This document shows positions 54,199-62,546 of a DNA stretch of 64,000 nt, piece after piece (positions within the stretch are counted from its first letter, which is position 1; each line of letters begins with the position of its first letter). The notes beneath the pieces are model-generated. The model made no database searches. It saw only the letters and a program-made list of their open reading frames with translations, and was not told the origin of the DNA. The stretch comes from an uncultured Clostridia bacterium (GTDB lineage: Bacteria > Bacillota > Clostridia > Christensenellales > CAG-138): contig CALCEX010000216.1 in the NCBI GenBank assembly GCA_937900325.1, forward strand, positions 1,920-65,919, given 5' to 3'. A program made the position numbers and the translations under genes.

Positions 54199-57100
54199 AT
54201 GAAAAGCAACGGAAATCAGAAAAGAATATCGGATTATTACATCGGGCTTGACGCGGGAACGGATTCCGTGGGATGGGCAGTGACCGATCCGGAATATAAT
54301 GTTCCAAGATTCAGAGGCAACGCCATGTGGGGCGTGAGACTTTTTGAGAGCGCGAACACCGCCGCCGAAAGACGGCAGCAGAGGACCGCGAGAAGGCTCA
54401 ATGCGAGAAAGCGCCAGCGTCTCGGACTGCTCGAATTGCTGTTTGCCGGGGAGATTTCAAAGATTGATCCGGCGTTCTTTATACGCATGAAGGAAAGCTC
54501 GCTTTTCGGCGAGGATACGACCGAGAACTCGGAGTATCCTCTTTTCAACGATGAAAATTATAACGACAGGGACTATTTCAAGGCATATCCGACGGCGTAC
54601 CACCTGAGAAACGAGCTGGTTTCGTCCGATAAGCCGCATGACGTTCGTCTTGTGTATCTTGCGATCCATCACATTCTGAAAAGCCGCGGGCATTTTCTTT
54701 TCGATATGGAGCTTTCCGGCGAGTATCATACGGTCGATGATCTGCTTGACGAGCTTAATAAGCGGCTGCTCAACGAATACGGCGTGAAAGCGGAATTCAA
54801 GGACAAAGAGGCCTTTGTTTCCGTAATAACCGACAGGAACGCCGGAATTACCGAAAAGAAAAAGCGGATAAAAGATCTCGCGGTGGTAAAGGGCGAAACG
54901 GAGCAGCTCGATCAGCTCGATCCCATGGAGGCGCTCTACATGCTTACGGGCGCGGCTGTCAATCCTTCCGCTCTCTTTTGCGATGAAAGCCTGAAGCCGT
55001 CGAAACGGCTGACGCTTGATTCGGATATAAGCGAGACTGCGGATGATCTTGCGGAAACGCTCGGCGAGAGCAGATTCGACCTTATTATGCAGCTTAAGCG
55101 GATATTCGACGCCGCCAAGCTTTCGCAGATGCTCGGGAGCCATCAGTACATATGTAAGGCGAAGGTGGAGCAGTTCAACACGAACAAAAGCGACCTGCGC
55201 CGGCTGAAGGATTTCGTAAAGGAGAATGCGCCGGGCGAATACAATGAAATCTTTTGCAAAAAGAAGGACAAGCTGAACAACTATGCCGCGTACAGCGGCA
55301 GGACCCGGCGCTCGGGAGAATATTCCTGCAAGCGAGAGGATTTCTGCAAATATCTTCTGAAAAAGCTGCCGGGACTTGAAAGCGCAGACGGATACGGCGA
55401 TATTTTCAGAAAGATAAAGAACAACGATTTTCTCCCAAAGCTGAAGGGAAGCGAAAACAGCGTTATCCCGAATCAGCTTCACCTGAAGGAATTGAAAAAG
55501 ATCCTCGACAATGCGGAAAACTATCTCGAATTCCTGAGCGCAAGGGACGGCGACGGCATAAGCGTTAAAGAAAAGATCATCTCGGTTTTCGGATTCAGGA
55601 TACCATACTATGTGGGACCGCTGAATACTAAATCCCCGAATTCATGGGCAGTGCGGACGGATGAAAAAATCTATCCGTGGAACTTTGATAATAACGTCGA
55701 TACCGAGAAAAGCGCGGAGGCGTTTATCAAAAGGCTGATAAACAAATGCCCATATACCGGCGACGACGTTCTTCCCCGGGAATCTCTTCTTTACAGCGAA
55801 TTCTGCGTCCTGAACGAGATAAATCCGCTGGCAGTGAACGGAAAGCCTCTTCCGGCGGAGCAAAAGAACGAAATTTTTGATGAGCTGTTTTTGAAATCGT
55901 ATTCAAAGGTTACTAAAAAATCGATAGGAAAATTCCTGCTGAGAAAAGGCTATATAAAAGAAGGAGACGAAATATCCGGTATAGACGATACTGTTAAATC
56001 AAAGCTGAAATCGTATCACGATTTTTCGAGGATCATGGGCGTTCGGGAAAACCGTGAAATGATAGAGAAGATCATCAAGGCGGTTACGATTTTCGGAAAC
56101 GACAGGAAGATGCTCAAGCGGTGGCTGGAGAAGAACTGCGGCGATCTCGAAAAGAGTCAGGTAGATTCGATATGCCGCCTCAGCTACGGCGATTGGGGAA
56201 ATCTTTCCGAAACGCTGCTTACCGGGATCTACACTCCCGACGAAAACGGCGAGGCGCGCTCCATCATACAGATGCTTCACGAGACAAACAACAATCTCAT
56301 GCAGCTTCTGAGCAAAAGGTATTATTTCGGGGAAAACGCCGAGAAATATCGGAATGAAAAATACGCGCCGAGCGACAGTCTGCTCGATATGATGGACGGA
56401 ATGTATCTTTCGCCGGCCGTCAAGCGCAGCCTGCTGCAAAGCATAAAGATCGTCGATGAGATCGTGGATGCCAGGAAGTCCGCGCCGAGAAAAATATTTA
56501 TCGAGGTCGCCCGTGACAGAGAAAAGGATAACGTAAAGGAACGCACGGTGTCGAGAAAGGCAAAACTGACCGAGCTCTACAAATCCTGCGGGAAAGAGTA
56601 TACCGAACTTTATAACGAGCTGCTTTCGAGGGATGAGAGCGAGCTGAGAAAGGACGCGCTTTATCTTTATTACACGCAGCTCGGAATATGCCTCTATTCC
56701 GGCGAGAAGATCGAGCTCGAAAGGCTGAGCACGGATTACGATATTGATCACATCTTCCCGCGGTCGCGCATCAAGGACGACAGCCTGGATAACCGCGTGC
56801 TTGTAAAAAGAAAGTATAACGAGGAAAAAGGCAACAAATATCCCTTAAAGAAGGAATGGCGGAATAAAAATATGCCCTTGTGGAGAATGCTCAGGGACAA
56901 GCACCTGATCTCCGACAAAAAATACGAGCGGCTTGTAAGGACCGAGGAGCTGACGGAGGAAGAGCTTTCCTCCTTCGTCGCACGGCAGCTTGTGGAAACA
57001 AGGCAGTCCACAAAGGCTCTCTGCGCGATCTTAAAGGCAATTTACGGCGATGCCGGCACCAAGATCGTGTACTCGAAGGCGGGGAACGTATCCGATTTCC

Positions 57101-58179
57101 GCCATGAAAACAATATAGTAAAATGCAGAGACGTGAACGATCTGCATCACGCGAAGGACGCCTATCTGAATATCGTAGTCGGAAATGTTTACGACACGAA
57201 ATTCACGGGGGATTTCTTCCGGAATATCAAGAAATATGCCGACAGCAACAGCTACAGCCTGAATGCGGTATTCAAATTCAACGTAAACGGCGCATGGGAT
57301 ACGGAAAGATCCATGGCTAAGGTCAGATCCGTACTTCAGAAGAACAATATTCTTGTATCGAGAAGGTCGTATGAGGCGAAAGGCGCTTTGTTTGATTTGC
57401 AGATCATGCCGGCGGGAAAAGGTCAGCTGCGCATCAAAGAGAATAAGCCGATCGAAAAGTACGGCGGATACAATAAGATCACCGGAGCGTATTACTGTGT
57501 CGTCGAGCACACCGTGAAGGGTAAAAGAAGCAGAAGCATCGAGCCGGTGTTCCTGTATAAAAAAACTCTTTACGAGAGCGACCCGGTCGCATATTGCCGC
57601 GAAATACTCTCGCTTGAAGAGCCCAAGATCATATACCCGAGGCTGCTTACGGGCGCGCTTGTTGAAATCGACGGCAAACGGCTTTATATATGCGGAAGAA
57701 CCGGAGATTCTTTATCGTGCAGGCACGACTATCAGCTTGCGCTGTCCGCATCCGACGAAAAATACATAAAAGCGCTTTCACAGCATGTGTCCCGCTGCAA
57801 TGCAGAGAAAAACGACAACGTACCGCTCTCTCTGAAAAGCGATATTTCAAGGGAAAACAACGTGAAGCTGTATGAGCTGTTTGTGGCAAAATTACAGGCT
57901 CCAGTGTATTTCCGGCTGTTTTCAAAGCAGCTTGAAAAGCTGCAGAATGAAGCCGAAAAATTCCGTGGGCTTTCTTTGACCGGACAGTGCCGCCTGCTTC
58001 TTGAGATACTGAAGTTCTTCAAGTGCGACCGGCAGCTGACGGATTTATCCGCAATAGACGGTCCTTCAAAATCCGGAAGCATAACATTCAACAAATCGCT
58101 TGACAAGGTCAAGTCGGCGTTCCTTATAAACAGCTCCGTCACCGGGCTTTATCGGTATAAAACCGATCTGCTGAAGTAA
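54199..58179 (+). CDS. cas9: Cas9, type II-A
   Basis: RuvC-I YYIGLDAGTDSVGWAV; bridge helix RRQQRTARRLNARKRQR; HNH DYDIDHIFPRSRIKDDSLDNRVLV...N; RuvC-III NDLHHAKDAYLNIVVG. Start moved from 54172 to 54199 (GGAGG SD 6 nt upstream), because the 54172 ATG lies inside the tracrRNA promoter. Confidence 0.95.
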   Translation: MKSNGNQKRISDYYIGLDAGTDSVGWAVTDPEYNVPRFRGNAMWGVRLFESANTAAERRQQRTARRLNARKRQRLGLLELLFAGEISKIDPAFFIRMKESSLFGEDTTENSEYPLFNDENYNDRDYFKAYPTAYHLRNELVSSDKPHDVRLVYLAIHHILKSRGHFLFDMELSGEYHTVDDLLDELNKRLLNEYGVKAEFKDKEAFVSVITDRNAGITEKKKRIKDLAVVKGETEQLDQLDPMEALYMLTGAAVNPSALFCDESLKPSKRLTLDSDISETADDLAETLGESRFDLIMQLKRIFDAAKLSQMLGSHQYICKAKVEQFNTNKSDLRRLKDFVKENAPGEYNEIFCKKKDKLNNYAAYSGRTRRSGEYSCKREDFCKYLLKKLPGLESADGYGDIFRKIKNNDFLPKLKGSENSVIPNQLHLKELKKILDNAENYLEFLSARDGDGISVKEKIISVFGFRIPYYVGPLNTKSPNSWAVRTDEKIYPWNFDNNVDTEKSAEAFIKRLINKCPYTGDDVLPRESLLYSEFCVLNEINPLAVNGKPLPAEQKNEIFDELFLKSYSKVTKKSIGKFLLRKGYIKEGDEISGIDDTVKSKLKSYHDFSRIMGVRENREMIEKIIKAVTIFGNDRKMLKRWLEKNCGDLEKSQVDSICRLSYGDWGNLSETLLTGIYTPDENGEARSIIQMLHETNNNLMQLLSKRYYFGENAEKYRNEKYAPSDSLLDMMDGMYLSPAVKRSLLQSIKIVDEIVDARKSAPRKIFIEVARDREKDNVKERTVSRKAKLTELYKSCGKEYTELYNELLSRDESELRKDALYLYYTQLGICLYSGEKIELERLSTDYDIDHIFPRSRIKDDSLDNRVLVKRKYNEEKGNKYPLKKEWRNKNMPLWRMLRDKHLISDKKYERLVRTEELTEEELSSFVARQLVETRQSTKALCAILKAIYGDAGTKIVYSKAGNVSDFRHENNIVKCRDVNDLHHAKDAYLNIVVGNVYDTKFTGDFFRNIKKYADSNSYSLNAVFKFNVNGAWDTERSMAKVRSVLQKNNILVSRRSYEAKGALFDLQIMPAGKGQLRIKENKPIEKYGGYNKITGAYYCVVEHTVKGKRSRSIEPVFLYKKTLYESDPVAYCREILSLEEPKIIYPRLLTGALVEIDGKRLYICGRTGDSLSCRHDYQLALSASDEKYIKALSQHVSRCNAEKNDNVPLSLKSDISRENNVKLYELFVAKLQAPVYFRLFSKQLEKLQNEAEKFRGLSLTGQCRLLLEILKFFKCDRQLTDLSAIDGPSKSGSITFNKSLDKVKSAFLINSSVTGLYRYKTDLLK

Positions 58180-58180
58180 T

Positions 58181-59083
58181 ATGAGCTGGCGTGTTGTGGT
58201 GGTATCAAGCAAATCCAAGCTTGATTATAAGATGGACTATCTCGTTGTGCGCAGCGCCGACACTGTAAAGCGGGTTCACCTGAGCGAGATCTCGGTACTG
58301 CTCATTGAATCCACCGCGGTGTCGCTTACCGCATACCTGCTCTGCGAGCTTTCCAGGAGAAAGATCAGCGTTATATTCTGCGACGAAAAACGGTATCCCC
58401 ATGCTTCCGTCCTGCCGATTTACGGAAGCCACGATACAGGACTCAAATTCCGCAACCAGATAAAATGGAACGACCATACGAAAAGCTTCGTCTGGGCAGA
58501 GATCGTCCGTGCCAAGATATACGGGCAGATCTCGGTTTTGAAGGAATGCGGAAAGGATAACCGCGATCTGCTTGAACAGTATACCGGCGAGATCGAGCCG
58601 GGGGACATAACGAACCGCGAGGGGCACGCCGCAAAGGTGTACTTCAATTCTCTTTTCGGTATGGATTTTTCGCGCAGCCAGGACAACAACATAAATGCTG
58701 CGCTGAATTACGGGTACAGCATTATACTATCGGACTTTGCGAGGGAGATCGTGTCAAACGGATATGCCACCCAGCTCGGGATATTCCACGACAATATGTT
58801 CAATAAGTATAACCTGGCATGCGATCTGATGGAACCGTTCAGGCCGTTTGTGGATTATACGGTAGCGAAAATGGATCTGCATAGGTTTGAGCATCCCGAG
58901 AAAATGCAGCTTGTGCAGATCCTCAACCGCTGCGTTGAAATAGACGGGAGAACGCAGTACCTGATCAACGCCGCGAAGATATATTCAAAAAGCATCTTCG
59001 ATGCGCTCAACGAAAACGATATTTCGCAGATAAGGTTTCCCGAATATGAGCTACAGATTTATGAGAATGATACTGTTTTTTGA
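58181..59083 (+). CDS. cas1: Cas1, type II
   Basis: 300 aa, starts 2 nt after the cas9 stop; GHAAKVYFNSLFG, NAALNYGYSIILS, LMEPFRPFVD. Confidence 0.93.
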   Translation: MSWRVVVVSSKSKLDYKMDYLVVRSADTVKRVHLSEISVLLIESTAVSLTAYLLCELSRRKISVIFCDEKRYPHASVLPIYGSHDTGLKFRNQIKWNDHTKSFVWAEIVRAKIYGQISVLKECGKDNRDLLEQYTGEIEPGDITNREGHAAKVYFNSLFGMDFSRSQDNNINAALNYGYSIILSDFAREIVSNGYATQLGIFHDNMFNKYNLACDLMEPFRPFVDYTVAKMDLHRFEHPEKMQLVQILNRCVEIDGRTQYLINAAKIYSKSIFDALNENDISQIRFPEYELQIYENDTVF

Positions 59084-59366
59084 CCTGCCGACGGAAACAT
59101 CGCAGGAGCGAAGGGAATATACGCGCTTCAGAAAGTATCTTCTGAAAAGCGGTTTTATGATGATGCAGGAATCGGTTTACTGCAAAATCGCGCTGAATCA
59201 GACCGTGGTGAATTCTCTTTATGACAGCCTGCAGAAAAATAAGCCGGGCAAGGGACTTATACAGGTGCTGACCGTCACGGAAAAGCAGTTTTCCAAAATG
59301 GAATTTATACTCGGAGAGTATAATGGCGACATAATAAATACGGATGAAAGGTTTGTGGAATTATGA
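59046..59366 (+). CDS. cas2: Cas2
   Basis: The N-terminus MSYRFMRMILFFDLPTET closely parallels streptococcal type II-A Cas2 (recalled as MSYRYMRMILMFDMP). Has a 38-nt overlap with cas1. Confidence 0.9.
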   Translation: MSYRFMRMILFFDLPTETSQERREYTRFRKYLLKSGFMMMQESVYCKIALNQTVVNSLYDSLQKNKPGKGLIQVLTVTEKQFSKMEFILGEYNGDIINTDERFVEL

Positions 59367-60028
59367 TGCTTTCGTGCTATGAGCTGCAGACCCCTTTGGA
59401 GATCGAGGCGGGGAAAACCGTTACTCTGGTGATCGAAGATCCCGTGTTTTACCGCAATTTTGTAAATGATCTTCTTGCGCAGGCAAAGGATTTGTCGTCA
59501 AGATTTATGCTGTTTGACGGAGATAAAGATCTGAGCCTTTCAAAGGATGCGGAGATCATAACGGATATTTTTCATATCTCTTTCGATTCGCGCGCCCTGC
59601 AGAATAAGGTGAACCAGGTCGTGTCCGAGGAGTTCTCCGCATCGTATGCCGATTCGACGGATATTCTTTCACGGATAAACGAAATCGGCGCGGAGCTTCT
59701 TTCATCATTGGATTTCGAAGCGAATTACACGCCGCTCACGGATTTTAACGGCATTATCAAGCTTCTCGGTTTTGTTGTGGATACTCAGGGTATGTCTTTA
59801 CCGGAAAGGATAATGGAGTATACGGACTTTTTGAATCGGTATTGCGGGAAGAGATTTTTTGTGCTTCTGAATCTAAGATCGGCGCTGACACGATCGGAAT
59901 TTTTGGAATTTGCAAAAATAGCAGAGTATAAAAAGATCAGTTTCCTGCTGATAGAAAACCACCAGACGGAAAATTGCGATGAAGGAGAGAGTATAAGGAT
60001 CATCGACGGGGATTTATGTGAAATATAA
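59363..60028 (+). CDS. csn2: Csn2 (type II-A signature)
   Basis: 221 aa, 4-nt overlap with cas2, positioned between cas2 and the leader. Typical short-Csn2 layout (VIEDPVFYRNFVNDL...FVLLNLRS...ISFLLIE). Confidence 0.82.
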   Translation: MMLSCYELQTPLEIEAGKTVTLVIEDPVFYRNFVNDLLAQAKDLSSRFMLFDGDKDLSLSKDAEIITDIFHISFDSRALQNKVNQVVSEEFSASYADSTDILSRINEIGAELLSSLDFEANYTPLTDFNGIIKLLGFVVDTQGMSLPERIMEYTDFLNRYCGKRFFVLLNLRSALTRSEFLEFAKIAEYKKISFLLIENHQTENCDEGESIRIIDGDLCEI

Positions 60029-60241
60029 TTGCAATTTTTCATCGGTATGTTATAATGCTTTTGAACGGAGGCGTGCGGCCTCCCGAAAGCCGGCCTTTTG
60101 CGCCTTGCGCGCCGGCGAATCGACAAAAATATCGCGCGGACATTTCTGCCGCGAGGTATAGTATTTACGCTGCGAAAATCATTTGAATTTAACATTGTTT
60201 TGTAGTGCAATGAACGATCTCCTCGAAATTTGAGGTTTGAG
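60029..60241 (+). promoter_or_regulatory. CRISPR leader with pre-crRNA promoter
   Basis: TTGCAA (60029-60034), a 16-nt spacer, then TGtTATAAT (extended -10, 60048-60056). GC-rich hairpins follow (GGAGGC-gtgcg-GCCTCC and CGCGG-N9-CCGCG). The leader ends with ATTTGAG-GTTTGAG directly before repeat 1. Confidence 0.55.
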
Positions 60242-61269
60242 GTTTGAGAGTAGTGTAAATTCAGATGGTTCTTAAACGATACGGTTGAGTAGCTTCGAGT
60301 AGCGGAAGTTTGAGAGTAGTGTAAATTCAGATGGTTCTTAAACGATCCCGTTGCTCCTCTGTTGATACCCTCTGTTTGAGAGTAGTGTAAATTCAGATGG
60401 TTCTTAAACAGTAGCATGTTCGATGGTGGTGTGGTTAGCGTTTGAGAGTAGTGTAAATTCAGATGGTTCTTAAACTTCCCCGGCGTCATTGTGGGATAAG
60501 TCCTCGTTTGAGAGTAGTGTAAATTCAGATGGTTCTTAAACGAGGACGGAAGCTACAACATAAAGTACACAGTTTGAGAGTAGTGTAAATTCAGATGGTT
60601 CTTAAACAGTAGCATGTTCGATGGTGGTGTGGTTAGCGTTTGAGAGTAGTGTAAATTCAGATGGTTCTTAAACTTCCCCGGCGTCATTGTGGGATAAGTC
60701 CTCGTTTGAGAGTAGTGTAAATTCAGATGGTTCTTAAACATCACGCCCGTTAAGGTCGCGCCGCAGCTCGTTTGAGAGTAGTGTAAATTCAGATGGTTCT
60801 TAAACCGGGGCCTGTGCCACCTATGGATTGTTCGAGTTTGAGAGTAGTGTAAATTCAGATGGTTCTTAAACACACCGGGACGAGCTTCAGCCCGGCGACC
60901 TGTTTGAGAGTAGTGTAAATTCAGATGGTTCTTAAACTATGGTACCATAGATATAAGGGATAATGCGTTTGAGAGTAGTGTAAATTCAGATGGTTCTTAA
61001 ACTGACGGTCGCCGGGCATTATACGGACGCAGGGTTTGAGAGTAGTGTAAATTCAGATGGTTCTTAAACATATGCTAATGCCGCACGTCCCGCGCTACGT
61101 GTTTGAGAGTAGTGTAAATTCAGATGGTTCTTAAACTGGGCGGCGTCTGATCGCTTATGGCGGCATGTTTGAGAGTAGTGTAAATTCAGATGGTTCTTAA
61201 ACTATATTCGGCTTTTTGTATGTGTTATACCATGTTTGAGAGTAGTGTAAATTCAGATGGTTCTTAAAC
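60242..61269 (+). CRISPR. CRISPR array, 16 x 36-nt repeats, 15 spacers (29-31 nt)
   Basis: All 16 copies of the repeat GTTTGAGAGTAGTGTAAATTCAGATGGTTCTTAAAC read identical by eye. Repeat starts: 60242, 60308, 60374, 60440, 60506, 60572, 60638, 60704, 60770, 60836, 60902, 60967, 61034, 61101, 61167, 61234. Confidence 0.97.
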
Positions 61270-61347
61270 TATTGTTCACAGTTTTTATGGTATAATTTGA
61301 ATACGAAAATCGAGCAATAAACCGGAATTACCGGAAAGGCGGTATAA

Positions 61348-61557
61348 TTGAAAACAATTGCTTTTTGCAACATTATTTCTCTTATCATCATCGTTGCTTT
61401 GATTTTTGTCATAAGGATTGTAAGTAAGAGGGATTTGGGGAAAAATCACCAACTTATTATTAAAATCATCGTAGCTATTCTCATTGTCTGTGTGACGGCA
61501 TTCGTGCTTTTTATTGATGCAATAGCATTTGGCGTTATAGGACCCATTCCCAATTAA
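61348..61557 (+). CDS. hypothetical 2-TM mini-protein in the AT-rich trailer
   Basis: TTG start with AAGG 8 nt upstream. TGgTATAAT at 61289-61297 and a second TATAAT lie upstream. Two hydrophobic helices are separated by SKRDLGKNH. Confidence 0.3.
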   Translation: MKTIAFCNIISLIIIVALIFVIRIVSKRDLGKNHQLIIKIIVAILIVCVTAFVLFIDAIAFGVIGPIPN

Positions 61558-61890
61558 CAAATCCGGTTTGTCTGACTGGACACAAAAACCGAATACTGAA
61601 AATCGGACCGTTGACCGGTCGCAATGTGCGAAAGCCCGGCGGTCTTTTTTATCCCCATTTTCAAAAAAGAAGGTCGGTCACAATGGCAGAACCGAAAAAC
61701 CCCCTGACCAGCTTCGAGCCGAGAAGGAACGGGCGGGGACGTTCCCTTCGAATCCCCCTTCTCTTTGAATCTGGCAAAGAAAAAAGGCACCCCCTTGGAT
61801 GCCCTTTTTCTTGGCGGAGAAGGTTGCCATTTTCGATGAATCCTTATATAAAAAATAACTCAGCGCACAGACGATAACACTCACAGCTAA

Positions 61891-62478
61891 CCTGCGGTTT
61901 ATAAACAACATCGGATAGCCGGGCCGTTTGCAGTTATTCAAGCGGCTCTTTATGCGCCGCTGCGGGAGTTGAAAGCTGAAATCAAAAAGCTGGCCGCATT
62001 GGTCGCCCGTACTGCTCCGACCATTGCGGAGGGACTGGAAAAGCTGCGCGGCCGTGTGCTGGTCTTCCGTTATCAGCTCTCTCACATTCGCAGCGGCAAA
62101 GCGCATATTCAGAAGTCCCTCGCCGTATGGAAGCCGGAGCCGGAGCGTTACACCGCTCTGGTGCGGCAGATCAAGGGAAAGGGCAGGGAGCGCAAGGCGT
62201 TGGTTGCCGAGAAAAAGGAATTGCCGGTATATCATGTAAAACGGCACAAGGCGCAGGCTGTCCGTACTGCGCAGGAAAAGACAGCAGAACAGCAGTTGGA
62301 GGGTGCCATGCACGAGAAGCCTTCTCTTGTTATGCTGCTCAGCGCCAGGCAGGAGACATGCTGCCTGCTTGGGGAGGATGCGGAGGAGCGGCAGGCGCGA
62401 CAGCTCATTATTCACAGGAACCAAGAGCAGCATCGAAATTCTCACAGTAAACGAAAAAGAAATGACCCTGAGCGGTAA
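61891..62478 (+). pseudogene. start-less fragment resembling the C-terminal coiled-coil region of a conjugative/mobilisation relaxase
   Basis: The frame is open from the stop at 61888-61890 with no ATG/GTG and no SD. The ORF-track TTG at 61969 is internal. Charged helical sequence ...RELKAEIKKLAALV...EKKELPVYHVKRHKAQ... Family assignment is from memory only. Confidence 0.3.
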
Positions 62479-62481
62479 TAC

Positions 62482-62514
62482 AAAAACGGGACGCGGGGCT
62501 CATGCCCGCGCCCC
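62482..62514 (-). terminator. intrinsic terminator after the DUF4340-like gene
   Basis: The minus strand reads GGGGCGCGGGC-atga-GCCCCGCGtCCC followed by GTTTTTG. Confidence 0.55.
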
Positions 62515-62546
62515 GAAAGGTGTAGGAGATAATTTGCTTTTGATAT

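Noticed and set aside
59785-60873. ORF-track entries 59785-60489 (-) and 60553-60873 (-) with the recurring peptide FKNHLNLHYSQT.
   Set aside because: They are translations of the CRISPR repeats on the reverse strand. The periodic peptide repeat mirrors the 66-nt repeat-spacer period, so this is not a gene.
60872-61033. An 11-nt reverse-complement match (GCCCGGCGACC) between spacer 10 and spacer 12. It suggested overlapping protospacers on opposite strands.
   Set aside because: The sequences flanking the shared 11-mer are not colinear, so the spacers do not derive from the same locus. It is probably a chance match in GC-rich sequence.
61747-61755. TTCGAATCC, the canonical tRNA T-loop motif. 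I considered a tRNA fragment or att site.
   Set aside because: The flanking 5-mers (TTCCC and CCCCT) are not complementary, and no acceptor or anticodon arm can be drawn.
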